From NCBI RefSeq assembly GCF_009914755.1, contig NC_060926.1: a DNA stretch of 64,000 nucleotides; one strand, given 5' to 3'. The DNA is from the human T2T-CHM13v2.0 reference genome, Homo sapiens. Below the pieces are notes generated by a model. It made no database searches. It was not told the DNA's origin and worked only from the letters and a program-made list of their open reading frames with translations. Shown here piece after piece: positions 14,940 through 29,000 of this stretch; within the stretch, counting starts at the first letter, position 1, and each line of letters begins with the position of its first letter. Both the position numbers and the translations under genes were made by a program.

Positions 14940-16700
14940 GGAAGTGGCTGGGGGACTTTCAGAAGAGGAATATTTGAGGTTTTCAAGTTAAAGTGGCAGC
15001 CTAAACACACATCTAATTGCATTTTTCCCCAAATCTCACTAGAACAATAATAGAGAACTTTAAAAGGAAGACATAAAACCACAAAAATGAGGGAAACAGA
15101 AGAGGAGAAAACAGGAGCAAAACATGGGAAGCTGGCAGATGAGCATTCTCCGACGCAGATGGAGAAAGCCAGTTCCTAGGCCAGCAGTGGGGAGAGTTTA
15201 GAATCAAAACCATTTACAAGCAGGATGCTTAGAAGTCTCAGGAACTGACTCTAGAGGGAACCTCTCTAAGCTGGGTAAAGAAGGAAGTTGAAATAAGGAT
15301 GGGTTGAAAGTTGTTTAAGAAGCAGTCAGATGCCTGGAAACCCTCCTGTCCCCTCCCCTTCCCCACTGGAAAATTACTGTGAGTGGTTACTGCCCAGAAG
15401 GCAGGAAGATTCTGGGTCATATGCCTATGGAGACCCCACCCCGGACTCTGACTCTAAACACCCAAAACACAAGGCAGCCTTCCTCTCAAAGCAGGAGTTA
15501 GAACAATCTTCTCTAAATAGTCTGGGCAACTCAAAAGGAAGACTAAATCCTGATATGGGGGGATCTCTGACAAACGACACATCCAGACCACTCCCCCATG
15601 AAGTCAAAGGTTGGCAAGCCCCACCCTAGAAGACAGGAAAAGTGAATATGCTGAGAATAAAAGTAAAACACTCTTGGAAATGAAAAACATGGCAGCCACA
15701 GTAGAAGGTGTATTATGTCATCCTCACATTGCTATAAAGAAATACCTGAGACTGGGGAATTTATAAGAAAAGAGGTTTAATTGGCTCATGGTTCTGCAGG
15801 CTGTACAGGAAGCAGAGCTCCAGGATCTGCTTCCGGGGAGGCCTCAGGAAGCTTCCAATCATGGAGAAAGGTGAAGTGGGAGCAGCCATGTCATATGGCC
15901 AGAGCAGGAGCAAGAGCGAGAAGGGGGAGGTGCCACACACTTTTAAACAACAAGGTCTCAGGAGAACTCACTCACTGTCATGAGGACAGCACCAAGAGGA
16001 TGGTGCTAAACCATTCAGGAGAAATCCACCCCCATAATCTAGTCACCTCCCACCAGGCCCCACCTCCAACATTGGAGATTACAATTCAACATGAGATTTG
16101 GGCAGAGACACAGACCCAAACCACATCAGAGGGTATGCAAGATAAAGTTGAAGAAATCTCCTAGAAATCAGGAAGAAAAAAAAAAAAAACAAGAGATGGA
16201 AAGTAGGAGAGAAGATTTAAAATATTGGAGGCTTAGCCCAGGAGATCTAATATGGAAATAACAGAAATTACAGAGAAAAAAGAGCCAGGCAAGGGATGAA
16301 AACAGGCCCATGCCAAGCATATCTTTGTGAAATTTCAGGCAGCTGGGGACAATGGAATTCCACAAGCTTTCAGATGGGGCAGAAAACAGGTGACATGCAA
16401 AAGATGAGGACTCGGAATGATTCTGATAACTCATCAGCAGCGCTGGGACACAAGAAGACAGCAAAGGCAAACCCAAAATGCTGGAGGGACACGCTCTCCA
16501 AGCCGACTCCTCTATCCAGCCAAATACTAATTATGTATGAGGCTAAAGACACTTTTAGTCGTGCGATATTGCAAGAAAATTTCCTCCCATGCAACATTTC
16601 TCAAGAAGCTACTGGAGAATGTGCTCCTCCAAACTGAGAGTTAACAGAAGGGAAGACACAGGACATAGGAAACGGCACAGCCAGCATGGAGAGGAGGCAA
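14940..16700 (+). mobile_element. Ancient L1 5'/ORF1 (HAL1/L1ME-like) remnant, split by an MST LTR
   Basis: A-rich + strand with decayed ORF1 C-terminal motifs (caagctttcaga...caggtgacatgcaaa, ctctatccagccaaa, gacactttt); continuous across the MST insertion. Confidence 0.6.
15709..16128 (-). mobile_element. MSTA/B solo LTR
   Basis: attgctataaagaaatacctgagactggg...acaattcaacatgagatttgg; TG...CA ends; TSD gaagg/gaggg. Confidence 0.92.
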
Positions 16701-17177
16701 GGAGCAGTCCGTAGGAGGGTAGTGCAGGAGGACAGCACTGCACAAGACAGGGAGGGCAGCTGGTCCCCGAGGGGGTGGCACAATGCCAGCAAGAGGTACA
16801 TCGAGGGCTGTCGCAGCGTCACTGCCACCGGACAGTCTTTCCAACCTGAGGACAGGAGGCTCCGGTGAGCCTGGCCCCAGTTTTGATTTGCCCTTGCCTT
16901 GTCTTGACCATGTGCTGTGCAGTCTGTGCCCACCCCTCCTTGCCTGCTGCCACCCCCACCTCAGTGTGATCTGCCCTGCTCCTGAGAACTGGATGTGGGC
17001 CATAGTGAGCTTAGAAGGAAAAAACACCAAACAGCTCCCTCCTCTTGCCAGGTGTCCGGTATCTGGCTCACATCACAGCCCTGCCCGATGCCTTAGTTAT
17101 AGGGAGCCTGTGTTTCCCTAGGCTCACTCATGGTCTTGTCCAGTGATGTCCCCAGAAAGGACTTTTGTAAACTGTTA

Positions 17178-17350
17178 GAAAAAAAATTAGCCAGACGTGG
17201 TGGCACACACCTATAATCCTAGCTACTCAGGAGGCTAAGGTGTGAGGATCGCTTGAACCCGGGAGGTAGAGGGTGCAGTGAGCCAAGATCGCAACACTGC
17301 ACTCCAGCCTGGGTGACAGAGTGACACTCCATTGAAAAAAAAAAAAAAGA
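17178..17350 (+). mobile_element. Alu right monomer
   Basis: aaaattagccagacgtggtgg...cactccagcctgggtgacagag plus poly(A). Confidence 0.88.
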
Positions 17351-19010
17351 CTTCTTAGATATTAGTAATACCATATTTAATGGGCACACGGTGTTCCTTT
17401 TTGGAAGATTCATTCAGTTGTATCTGTTTTATACACTCTTCTGAATGTATGAAACATGTCACTGTAAAGACTGTTTACAGTGGGGCACATGGGAGGGTCC
17501 TGGAGCGCTGGCAATAGCCTATTTCTTCAGTTGGGTGACTGTTATATAGGTCTTTACTTTATAACGATTTGCTAAAGTGTACATTTATGTTTCATGCACT
17601 TTTCTGTGTGTGATATATCCTACAATAAAATCTTAAAAGAAAAAAGAGATGGTCTGCTGTGCTGTTTTGTGGTATCACTCACCCCACTTTCTGGCTCCCA
17701 GATTTCAACACTCAGCCTTTCATTGGTGTCCTTTAGGGAATAAAGGACCTCGGGTGTGTCTGGTGGAGGGCGACACTGTACAGAGAGCAAGAAGAGAACA
17801 AGCAGAAGCACAGCAAAGAAGAGAGAAGAGACCTGAATAAAACTCACTGTCCCCTAGACCCCCTGAAGACATGGGAAGGGAAAACATCTTGGGATCTTCA
17901 CCTCATGTGTGATAGGGACCCAAGCCAATTCATGCAAATATTACAGAAAAGTGTAATCCCATAACATTGCAGAATTTAAAGCCACCCTAACGACTCAGAT
18001 GTGGGTTATGCCCAAAGCAAGCAGGATGCTGGGTGTGGGCACGTTTATAAGTGCCCAGCTGGCTTAAAGGGTTAAGAACTGCCACTCTTTGCTAGGATTG
18101 CTTTTCCCATCCTTTCTGCCTGGTGAGTTTTTCTAAGAGTGGTAGGGCTTCACTCCAGCTAGTTTTCACAGAAAAGCAAGTTATTGAAAGGCATTTTGAA
18201 GCTCATGGGATCTCCAGGAGACCAAAGAGTCAGACTTGGATGCCACGGAGCTAAGAATAATACCTAAGACTCACAGCAGAGGCTGCCCCCCGACCCCAGA
18301 AAGCTCTGCTCCAGTGTGACCCCAGAACTCTGCCACCGTTGCCCTGAAGGGCCAGAGACCTCCGCCACCCCATTCTCTATAGAGGACCCCCTACGAGTCT
18401 CACGTAGGGACATTGGTCATAATGACTGCCCCCTGAGGAGGGTGGGGAGTGAGTTCTGGCTTCTACCTTGATTGGGACAGACTCAAAATATGGAAAATTC
18501 TCCAGTTTGGGAATTGCGTGCAAAAGATGCAGGGGGGGCCAGATATTTGCTGTGGGGAGGATCGAGTGGAAGCAACTGGGTGGAGTTTATTCTCAAGCCT
18601 GAGGCAGCTGCCAGAAAAACAGGACTGAAGGGCACCAGGCTGCGTGAGGACCCCGGTGCCAGGCTGGGTTTAGGGTGCAGTGGATGGGGCTGAGCCCCTC
18701 TCCCATCCATAAGTCCTGCCTGGATGCCAGCTCCCACCCTGGGGCCATGGCTCCAAGACCACCTTGAATAATCCATGTGCCTGCAGCCCTACCTACCCTG
18801 CATTAAATCATCCACTCCTCATCACCAGGAACCAGGACCAGGTGAGCCTCGGATCTTCATAGCCCGTCTCACCTGCTGCACTTCTCTTCACTACCTGAGT
18901 CCTTAGGGCCTAGAAAGCCTCACGCAAATCCTAACCAAGCGACCACAGGTGGAGGACAGTGACATCTGGAGCATCTGATGGAGGCTCTGGGGCAGTTCAG
19001 AAGAAAGGCC

Positions 19011-19288
19011 TTTTTTTTTTTTTTTTTTTTTTTTGAGACAGGGTCACTCGATCTCGGCTCACTGCAACCTCTGCCTCCGAGGTTCAAGTGATTCTCATGC
19101 TTCAGCTCCCCCAAGTAGGTGGGATTACAGGTGCGTGCCACCATGACTGGCTAATTTTTGTATTTTTTGGTAGAGACAGGGTTTCACCATGTTGGCCAGG
19201 CTGGTTTCGAACTCCTGACCTCAAGTGTTTCTCCCACCTCAGCCTCCCCAAGTGCTGGGATTACAGACGAGAGCCACCGCGCCTGGCC
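19011..19288 (-). mobile_element. AluS with an internal deletion of about 30 bp
   Basis: Poly(T)-gagacagggtcactcgatctcggctc (tgttgcccaggctggagtgcagtgg segment missing). Confidence 0.9.
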
Positions 19289-19355
19289 TGAGAAAGGCTT
19301 TTTCTATGCCACAGAGAAGTTGGGCTCCCAGTCACGGGAGCAGCTGCGGCCGGTT

Positions 19356-19370
19356 CCAGCAGGGGGCAGC
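19356..19370 (+). promoter_or_regulatory. Candidate CTCF site
   Basis: CCAGCAGGGGGCAGC matches the CTCF core CCASYAGRKGGCRS; motif only, occupancy unknown. Confidence 0.5.
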
Positions 19371-21459
19371 TCTCAATGACAGCTGAAGGGCATTGCATAG
19401 CCAGATGCGCACATGGCTTTTAGGAACTGGGCTCTGCCTCCCCTGAAGTCTGTCTGAACCTGGGGCATCACCGTCTCACCGGGCTGGGGCTTTGATGCAT
19501 CAGGCCCAGAGAAAGAAACTTGGTAGAGGAGAGGAGGAAGGAGATGCAACCTTCCAGGAAGCAGAAATGTTCAAGGACTCTCAAAGGAAACTCCAGAAAA
19601 CAAGGAGAGGCAGGAATTGCCTTATGATCGCTTCTAGCTCTATGTCTCACCTTTGAAATAAAGCATCTTCCTGGTCCCAGTGCAGAGACAGGTCCTGGGG
19701 GGAAGCAGGAGAGGAGAGAATCAGCTCCTGTTCTCCTGTCTGCCTCAACTTCCCCAGGCCTACCCAGCCCACCTGGGCTAGGACGGAGGTGCTGGCAGCC
19801 TCTCCCCATTAACCACACCCTGCAGGCTGAGGCGGGCAGGCTGAGGCGGGCAGGCTGGGGGCTGAGGAGACGCTCCTTCCCTGCATTCCATGGACATGGT
19901 GCCTTGGGCCAGGCTGCAGAGGCCGCAGGGCCTGGCATGTGCCCCGTGAAACTGGCCCTGCAGTGAGGCGGGGGCAGTGGGGATGGATGAACTCATTCTT
20001 TCCTCGTCTGAGGCTGCTCTGATCGTAAAACCGTGGACGCTGAGCAAATGGCCCCAGGTGTGTGCTCTCTCAGTTTCGCTGGGATAATAGTCAGGAACAG
20101 CAAGAGGGTGACCTGGTTTCGATGGAGCAGCTCCTGCTCTGGGCACTACGTGGCTCTGCTGCCTCTGCTCTCCTGTCCTCTCCCCACCCCGTTTTGGAGG
20201 GCCAGGCCTTCACCAAAGCCTGAAGGAACCTCAGCAAGAGTGCAAAGGGGGTGCTGTCAGAGGTGCCCCAGGAAAAGACCCTTCTCCAGAGAGAGGCTCT
20301 GCGGAGAGGCCCGGGGTGCCTAGAGAGGGGAAAGCACCCTGCACCTACCTCGAGGGGCCTCCTGCTCACAGCCCCCTTGAGTCACTGTTTACTCCACAAA
20401 GATCTAAACTCAGATCAGGCAGGACCCTTCGAGTCTGTCTCATCACTAAAACTGCTTCATTTTACAGATGGGGAAACTGAGACCCAAAATGAAGGGCGCA
20501 GTCGCCGAGTCAGCCAGTGACAGAGCTGGGGCTTCACTCCCGCTTCTCGATTCTCAGCTCCCATCCTCGTCCCTCTGCCTTTTATGGAGCAGCATGGAAG
20601 GAATCAAAAACAGGCAGAGAACTTCAGGGGCCACTCTGGGCTGCTGTGAGTGAAGACTAGAGTTTGTGGGTGCAGTGCCTCCGGCTGCAGCTCTCCAGGC
20701 CCACACAGACCTGCTCCTGACACTCCTGGGGGTGCGCTGCCTGGGGGTCTTCCCTCCCCAGCCCTTCCCCAAGGTACAGTGAGTGCCTCAGGTCCTCCAG
20801 CTGCCCCTCTCCCAGTGGGAACTCACACTAGACATGCGAGGGCAGTCAAGGAGAGCGCTTTCCTCGCTCGAGGATATGGGAGAGCTTTCCACCCTCCTCC
20901 TCAGGCCCCGGAGGCAGCGAGTGTGCCTGTCAGGGTTATCAGGGTGCTCTGGGAAGGGCTCCACCTCCCCCGCAGGGCTTCGCCAGAATGCCCAACTGGG
21001 CTGCTCTCACTGCCTTTGACCTTCAGAACTCCCAAAATACTCCCACCTCCTCCAGGAAGAAGGCGGGGTAGTGGGGGCTTTGGAGACCAATAAGCCAGGG
21101 CCTGACTCCTAACTGGCCACCTAATAGCTTTGTGACCTTGAGCAAGTGCCCTGGTCTTCCTGAGGGCGTGTTCTCAAGCTTCTCCGTTGTGTGGTTTTAG
21201 TGAGGGCTGGAGATGGCGACACGTAGTAGACTCTCAATTCATGGTGGCTCTTATTATTAAAGCTGGCCAGGATGTCCCTTCTGACCCCCAACCCTCCAGT
21301 TCCCATAGTGCTGGGCCTTGTAACTGTCACTGTCCTGTGTATGGGGTCAGGCTCTGGCCTCCCTCCCTCGCAACCCCTTCGGGGCAGGGTGAGAGTAAAC
21401 AGGTCCCCTAGGTGTGGGACAGACGCCCGCTGCCCTCCTCCTGCCTTATTCATTCTCTC

Positions 21460-21875
21460 CAAAAACATTAATCACTGGTGGATGGACAAACTGTAGGGCA
21501 CCCGTATGATGGAATGACCCCAGCAATAAGGAAGAACAAAATAGTAATACAATGAATGACATGGATGACTCTCAAGGCACTGCGCTGAAGTTCAGCAGTT
21601 AAATGAAAGCCGCCTAACTCAAAAGGCTGCAGACTCCGCCGCTCCCTGCGTCTGAACTCCAGGGAGGGCCACGCTGCAGCCAGAAAGCAGGTCAGGGCTT
21701 GCCTGAGGTGGGATGTGGGAGCGGGGATTGATTGCAATGGGGAATGAGGGAATTTTATGGGGGGATAAAAAAAATCAATGTTTCATTTGATGGTAGGTAG
21801 GTGGCTATTTCCATTTGGCAGAGCTTATCAAACTGTATGCGTAAAACAAGCAAATTCTACAGTATGCAAACTACA
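21460..21875 (+). mobile_element. Old L1 (L1ME-like) 3' fragment
   Basis: gatggacaaactgt...acatggatgactctcaa...gattgattgcaatggg...ttatcaaactgta. Confidence 0.65.
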
Positions 21876-24800
21876 CCATAACGAAGCTGGCAGAGTAAAG
21901 ACCTTCCAGTTTGGAAACTATGATCTGGGAAGTGACCCATATTGCCTGGCCAGATACACGAGGGAAGAGTCATCTCCCTAGGAAACGCTTAAGAAAGGCT
22001 CAGTCCTTAAAAGAAATAAGAAACTGAGTGACCAGAAAAAATGAGGGAGAATTTGAAGAAATACAGTACCAGGGCATCATAGAAGAGCTGGCTTTAAATA
22101 GACTACAGATAGTGCACTCAAGTCTTAGTGCATTTGTACGCTGCCTGAATTACCTGACCTTGGTCCCTTATCTGATATCCTCATCCCCCCGGGCTCTACC
22201 TGAAAAAAAAGCTCACACGCATCTTTCATAAATAATAAGAAGCTATCCTTTAATGAGATGATATTTTATCTCTCCTGGCCCAGGACGGGGAAGGCGCCCG
22301 GCCCCTCTTGAGTCACCAGGCTCTTATGCAGTGGAGTTTCTCTCCTCTGCTTGCTTCCAGAGCCTTCTGCAGGCTACCAAGACAAAGCTTTCTCCCATTC
22401 CTCTGGGCCCGGTCCTTCTGCTCTCTGCTGCTGCCCTCTCTGTCCCCATTCCTCCTCTGCCTCTGGAATGATAGCATCTCCCAGTGGCTTTCATGTTGGA
22501 GTGCTGGCTCCTTAACTTAAGGTCAGCTTCTGAGGGCAGAAGGCTTGTCCCATTTTCTCTCCTTCCCTCTGCCCTCTCCTTTGGAATAAACGCACACATT
22601 CACCAATGCAGCCATTGACTGTGTGGCTCGCCCACACTGTTCAGGAGAGAGGCCCAGCTCCATCTAGCTTGAGCCCAAAGGAAATTTATTGGGCCACATT
22701 CCTGAGAAGTCCAGGACGTGTCAGCTAGGTTGAGACACAGCTGGATTCAGGATTGACAATCTCTTTTCCTGTCTCACTCTCTGTCTGCCTCTGTCTCAAT
22801 GTCTTCTTCCCTTCCTCTCCTCCCTTCCCCTTCTTCTCCCTAATATCTTTCTCTCTCTAAGTAAGTATCCCCTGAGTATACTTCCTCACTCCTCCTTAAG
22901 CCCGAAAACAAAAGAACAAGACACAATAAATCCCTCATGTAAATGGTCATCCCTGACCTGGGGAAGTCCAAGATATCAAAAGCACAGCCTATTATTTTAT
23001 CTATTCTTTCTAGTTGTGTATATAGCTGACTTTTCTGCTAGACTTTCCTTGTGTCCTCAAGGTGCCTGGCACAGGCCCAGGTACATGGCAGCCCCCAGCC
23101 CCACCCCAGATAGGATGTGACACTTGGTTGGGGTGAGGTCAGAGTGGGAAAGGGAAGAATCAGGGTCGGGGATGGGTCAAGGCTGGGGAGCGGCTGAGGG
23201 GAGGATCCTTTTGAGCTGTTCATTCCCTCCTGGTATTTTTGCCCATGAGGCCCTGCAGAGTAGGAACAAACTCCGCACATGCCTGTCTTCCTCCCAGAGC
23301 CCTCCACCCCCAATAAGCATCAGCCTGGGGGGCTGGGGCTGCGGGCTGAGGCCTGGGACAGAGTCCTGGTCAGCATCAGCCTAGCTGATGCCAATTAAGA
23401 CCCAGGAATCCCCTGCCCCTACCCCTGGGCTCAGATCAAAAGACCTTGGCCCTCAGATGAGGGGCTCCTGACCATAAATCTGAAGGAGCACGGCCCTCCA
23501 GCTAATGAGCTGTCCTGGCTCAGACTAGAGCAGGGATGCCAGATCCTGTTTCATTCCAGGGTGCAGCCAGCCCAGAGTGAAGGGCCGCGGGAGGCCCTAG
23601 ACCCCAGAGTGCCCATCCCCCCACAGCACCCGGCTTTGCAGGGACAGGCCCCGCTCTGCTCATAATCCCTGGGGCAATGTCCTGGAGGGTACATGAGAAT
23701 GCACACTGTTCCCTGGGCTCCTGCCCTGCCGGGCCCCAAGATGGCTCCCTGTGCCCACCGTTTAGCCCCACAGGAATTTTAACCGCTAACATCTGGGTTC
23801 AGGAGACTCCGGAAGAGCAAACGTCTTCACCTCCTTTGATTCCCTTCACACAGAGGGCTTTTTCAATTTTAATTTGAGGTGACCTCTGACCTGAGTTCCC
23901 ATTCTCATAGATTCCAGATATTTCCTGTGCCCTCAAATAACCTCCAAGCCTGCCCCCACCTGATCAGAGCCCCTGCGGAGGGGGCATGGCCTTCACCCAC
24001 CCATGGCCCAGGCTAGGCTGGGAGTCCCCCTGGACTCCGGCCCCCTCCCCATATCCCACTCTGTTCCCCCAAAGATGCCTGCACAGCCACCCACCCACCA
24101 GTATCTCTCCAGGGCTCTCAGCTCCAGTATCTCAGCTGGGCCCAGCTGAGCCTGCTCTCAGGACACGAGGGATGGCAGACACCCCGGTGCCAACCTCTCT
24201 GGCTGTCATGTTTTTTAATGACAACAATCATAGAAACATCGGTGGAGCCTCTTCTCTGTGTCAGGTGACCCAGTAGCTCAAGAATAATTGCTCCTAATTT
24301 ACAGATGAGGAAGCCGGCCCTGGAGAAGAAGAGGGACTTCGTGTACACACAGCTAGCTGTGGCCAAGCCAGACCATAACTGAGGTGTGTCAGCCCGGAGC
24401 CCGGTGCCCTCCAGGAAGAGGGGTCAGCAAAGGGATGCTGGCATTGGTGCATCTCCCCTGCTTTGTGAGTCCTGGTTTGGGCTGCCCATCTCAGCGTTGT
24501 GACCATCAGCACAAAGCACCAAGGGTCTTGGCAAAAGGCAGAGATGACAGAGAAGTGAGAAGCAGGCATGGGGGTGGGAAGGGCTGGTCAGACCTCAGCT
24601 CCGCCCCTGTCTCTTTCCAAAGTAGCTTTTGGATTGAGGTGGATAGTTCCCTCAGTTCCCATGAGGAGTCCAGCACGGTGCTAAGCTGGGCTGTGCAGGG
24701 GGCTACAAGAGCAGGCAAGTCCCAGTCCCTGTCTCAGAGGGGCTGAGAGACAAGCAGAGGTACAGGGACATGAGCAAGGCAGCCCCAGGACCAAAGTCAG

Positions 24801-25874
24801 GCCGAGGGGGTCAGGCTGGGTAGGCTGCTTGCAGGTAGGGAATTTGCTGCAGGTCTGGGTTACAGAGAGGCCCAAGTCCCATGCCCACATGGTGCTAGGT
24901 CAGGGCCCTGGCAGCCATCCCTCTAGGATGGCCACTCCCAACAAGGGCCTATGGCTCTCCAGAGCCCAGAACCTGAACACATCCAGGCCAGAGCCACGGG
25001 ATGATGCACTGGCCCCTGCCCCATGGGTAAGAGGCTGAATGGCACATTAGGCAACCTCTCTGGCTCCAAACCCCAGCTGGCTGCCAGCCTCAGCCTCCTA
25101 GTCGATGGTTTGACCACATGACTCCCCATTAAAGCCTTTCCCTGGCTCTCCATCCTGCCCCTCGTCATGCCCGGTGACTCACGCTGCTTTTCCAGGCCCA
25201 GCTCACCACGGCTGACATCACCTTCAGCTCCACCCCTTTCCCAGCAAACCCTGATGAGCCCTCTCTTTCCTCTGACCCATTGTCCTCCTCGGAATCAAGA
25301 ATGCTAGAGCCAAAAGCTATCTCAGGGAACATCTGGAGCAGCCTCACTTACAGCTGGGGAAACTGAGACCTGAGAGATGCCCCGCTGGCGTTTGTTCTAG
25401 TTCAGAGGCTGTGATTCATTTAGAACTTTAATGAAAGGATTTAGGGCTCAGTTAGGATCTTAGGGCAAATCATCGCTGCTCTGCCAGTAACTAAGCCCTT
25501 ACCCTTACGCCTGCCCAGCAGGGTCCTGGAAATCAATCTCCAGATTCCGCCGGGTCCAGGGCTGCCCCATAGGTGCTGAGGCACTGGAGACAACAGGAGG
25601 TCTGGGATGGCCCCCAGCCCCTCCCTCTACCCAAATCGGGGCATGGCTAATTCTTTCTCTAAGAGATCCATTGCTTTAAAGTCCAGAGTAGAAGGGAAGA
25701 AACAGGTGTCAATTTCTGCCAGGAAAATGAGATCGAGCTGCAACCTCAGAGAAGCCTGGAGGGGTACTGTTAACGGGAACCCTCTGAGGCTCTGGGGCTG
25801 AAAAGAAAATCAAGGAGGAACAAGCAATCAAGGTTTTCATGGAAGCCTTGGGCTTCAGAAATAAGGCATCCCTG

Positions 25875-26030
25875 GAACGTGGTTTCTAAAGCATCACCTG
25901 AGAACTTGGGAGAAATAAAAAATGCAAATCCTCAGGCCCCACCTGAGACCTACCAAATCACACACTTTGTTTTGGGATCCCTCAAGCCCTCCAGATGATT
26001 CTGATGCATGCTCAAATTTGAACACCACTG
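25875..26030. mobile_element. MER5A (hAT-Charlie MITE)
   Basis: gcatcacctgagaact...aaatgcaaatcctcaggccccacc...gtgattctgatgca-like end with aatttgaacaccactg. Confidence 0.75.
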
Positions 26031-29000
26031 CCATAAAGGACAACCAAAGCAGTAAGCAGGTCTCATAGCTGGTCAGCCCTGTTGGTCCTGGCCTGTGGTG
26101 GGTTCGCTGAGGCTCCACAGCCCGCTCTGCTTACCCATGTTATGGACCCCTCCCAGCCAAAACAGGCAGGATTTCTGCAGGCAGCTTATTCCAGAAGGGC
26201 TTGGAATGAGCCTTGTGGCCCAAGATGTGCTCTGGGAACATGGAGAGCCTCAAAGTCACCCACCCCTTCCATTTGCCTCTGCCCATACAAAAGGAATTCT
26301 GCCTCAGTTTCCCTGCTTTTCATTCCAACCCACCACTGGCCTTAGAACTCTGCCCTGGACCTCAGCCTGCTTCCCTGGGCACTGTTACCATGCCATGCAT
26401 GGTGGCTGGCCTCCTCACCGAGGTCTCATCCTGCTCCTGTACCCCAGCTGCTGACTGAGGTGATTTGCAGACTGACAACACATTTATTACTGTGCTGTGG
26501 CTGCCCTGGGCCCCCAGGTACATGTGTGTGGATTGTCTACTGAACAAGGGCAGATGGCCAAGGAAGCAAGTGGAGGAATGAAATCCAGCTCACTTTCCAC
26601 TCACCCACATCCCCTAGGGCGAGGTGGCACTAATTTGCAGGTATGCATTAGAGGGTCTAGTGCTTGAATGTCACACTCCCTTTCCCGAAGCTCCTGTTTC
26701 TGAGGTGACCCTCCCCTCCCCCTGCCTTCCCATTTCTACACCAGCCAGACCTCCCTATCTCTTCATGTCTACACCAACTGGACACCCACCCTTTCAAACG
26801 GGCCATGCCCTCCTTATCTTCTCTCTTAGGGGTCTCTTGGCTGGCTCAGTTGTCCCACCATTTCTCTCCTTATTCCTCATCCTCACAGACTTTCCCGTCA
26901 TGTTGATGATGACATAATAACCAGCAGACAAAACATCTTTGTTGATAGAAGTTTGAGGTCATTTCATTACAGCATCTCCTAAGACATTCCATTCAGGGAC
27001 GTGCCTGCCAGGCTGCTGGAAATGCCTGCCTTTTATGGCCTGCTTGGTTTGGTCACTTGTAACTTCTGCACATGATAGGCCCTGGGCTCCCTCTACCCTA
27101 GGGCAACCCCATAGAGACCTGAAAATCCTGTTCACGACTTGCCCCACCCGAATCTTGTCTTCCCAGCCCCTTGAATGAGTCCATGTGTGGCTTGGGCTCT
27201 CTCATCACCGCAGGTTAAACTGCCATGTAATTGATTTTTTTTCCAGGCAATTGAACACATATCAGTAGGCACCTAACTTTTCTCTTTTAACCACTTGGAT
27301 TAAGAAAAATCTTTCCAAAACATAATATATTCTTCTCTACCTCTTGGAATAAATGAAAGCAGACATAATGTGCTTTTTCTTGGGGCCTCTACATAATAAT
27401 AGTTTTTTTGAGCTACTGTAAAGTGTTTTTAATAACTCAAATCACTTCATAATCACCATGGGGAGAAAACAGAAAATACAGATATATAGAAAGGAAAAAG
27501 AAGGGCATCCCTTGATATCTTACCAGCTGGAGGCAATGACTAATAACTTTTTGTTGTATAACTTTCTGGGCTTTTTCCTAAGCAAGCACAGTTCCCCAGT
27601 TTGGGGTGCAAATGTAATCCCTCTTATTTATTCAATAATTGCTTGAGCTCCCATACGCCCATATTAACAGGAAGTCATGCCTCTTTACCCCTTCTTACCC
27701 CTTATTCCTCACCCACTCCCCCAAGGAAATTGGGGCCAAACTTGGTCCTACAGGTAATTCTGATTGCAAATGGCAATCAGAGAGAAACTGGAGAGTCAGG
27801 AGGTCCTGATTTCCATTGTTTCTTGCACAGTACCATGTGTCTCTAAAGAAAATGGTCTTGCAAAGTCTGATGAGATCCTGCCTCACTGGTCCTGACCCTT
27901 ATGTGGTCCACAGAGGTGTGCCAACTTTGGGCTCCAAGGCCACTGCTCTTGTAAGCTCATACTTCCAAGGTTAGCCAGGCTCCCAAATAGCGCACAGCCC
28001 TGGTAGAGCTGAGCCCAGGAGGGCTTCTGTCCTCAGCCACACTCCATGCCACAGGAATATGGAGGCCCTGGGGTTGAGCCTGGTCACCAACTCTGACCCC
28101 CTTTCTTCCTGGTGCCATTCCCTTGAGGGGCTGTGGGGATTCTATTCCTGGGGCACTTCATCTCAAACTTCATCAGGAAAATTCCAACTTTAACACGGCA
28201 AACGTCTTTGTCTTCATCTCTTTCTTCCCAGATGTTCCTTGGCCCCAAGCAAATTATCTCCCTGCTCTTCCATGTAGGGACTAGAGGGTCCTGCACTCCT
28301 CAGGCCACCCAGGAACCAGTTCCCCCTTGCCCCACTAGCCTAACATGTGAATAGCCAAGAGGGACCACTCAAAGGACAGTTTCCTGAACAAAGAAGACCT
28401 GTTCTTAACCAGCTGGATAAAGAAGGAGCTGATGGCAACTTTTATTAAAAAGAAAGAAAAGTTCCGAACCAGGAAACTTGCCATACACCCATTCGCCAGA
28501 TGACAACATTGAGATTACTCACTTCTTGAAAGAGCCCAGCCTCTAGCACTGGACATTTATCACAAAGCATTTCCTTCTTGCGTTGGGCATTCCTCTCTTG
28601 CTAGGAGGAACTGAGACTTCCCGTCCCCAGTCCCAGCCCTGAGGCCATGCAGCCTAGGGGTGGCTGGATTGAGCACTGCTTACTGGATTCAGGCCAGAGA
28701 CTGCCACATTTTGTCCTCTGCTGCCTGGGTTAGGGAGACCTCTCCCTGTCAACTCAGGGGCATGGCAGGAGCGGGGCTGGAACAGTCTCTGCAGTCAGTT
28801 CCCTCCTGGACCACCGACGCTGGGAATGCAAGGGGTGGGTAGTTTGGTCTGTGCTTATGTGTTGATATTGTGAGATCATTTGAGAGAATTAAATATATTT
28901 TCCCAGATGGAAAGAAAAGGAAAAGGAAGGGGATGTTGAGTGTGGGAGCTGTTCATTCTTTCCAGCTTCTCTCCTTTCCCGCCATCCCACCCCACCTGTG

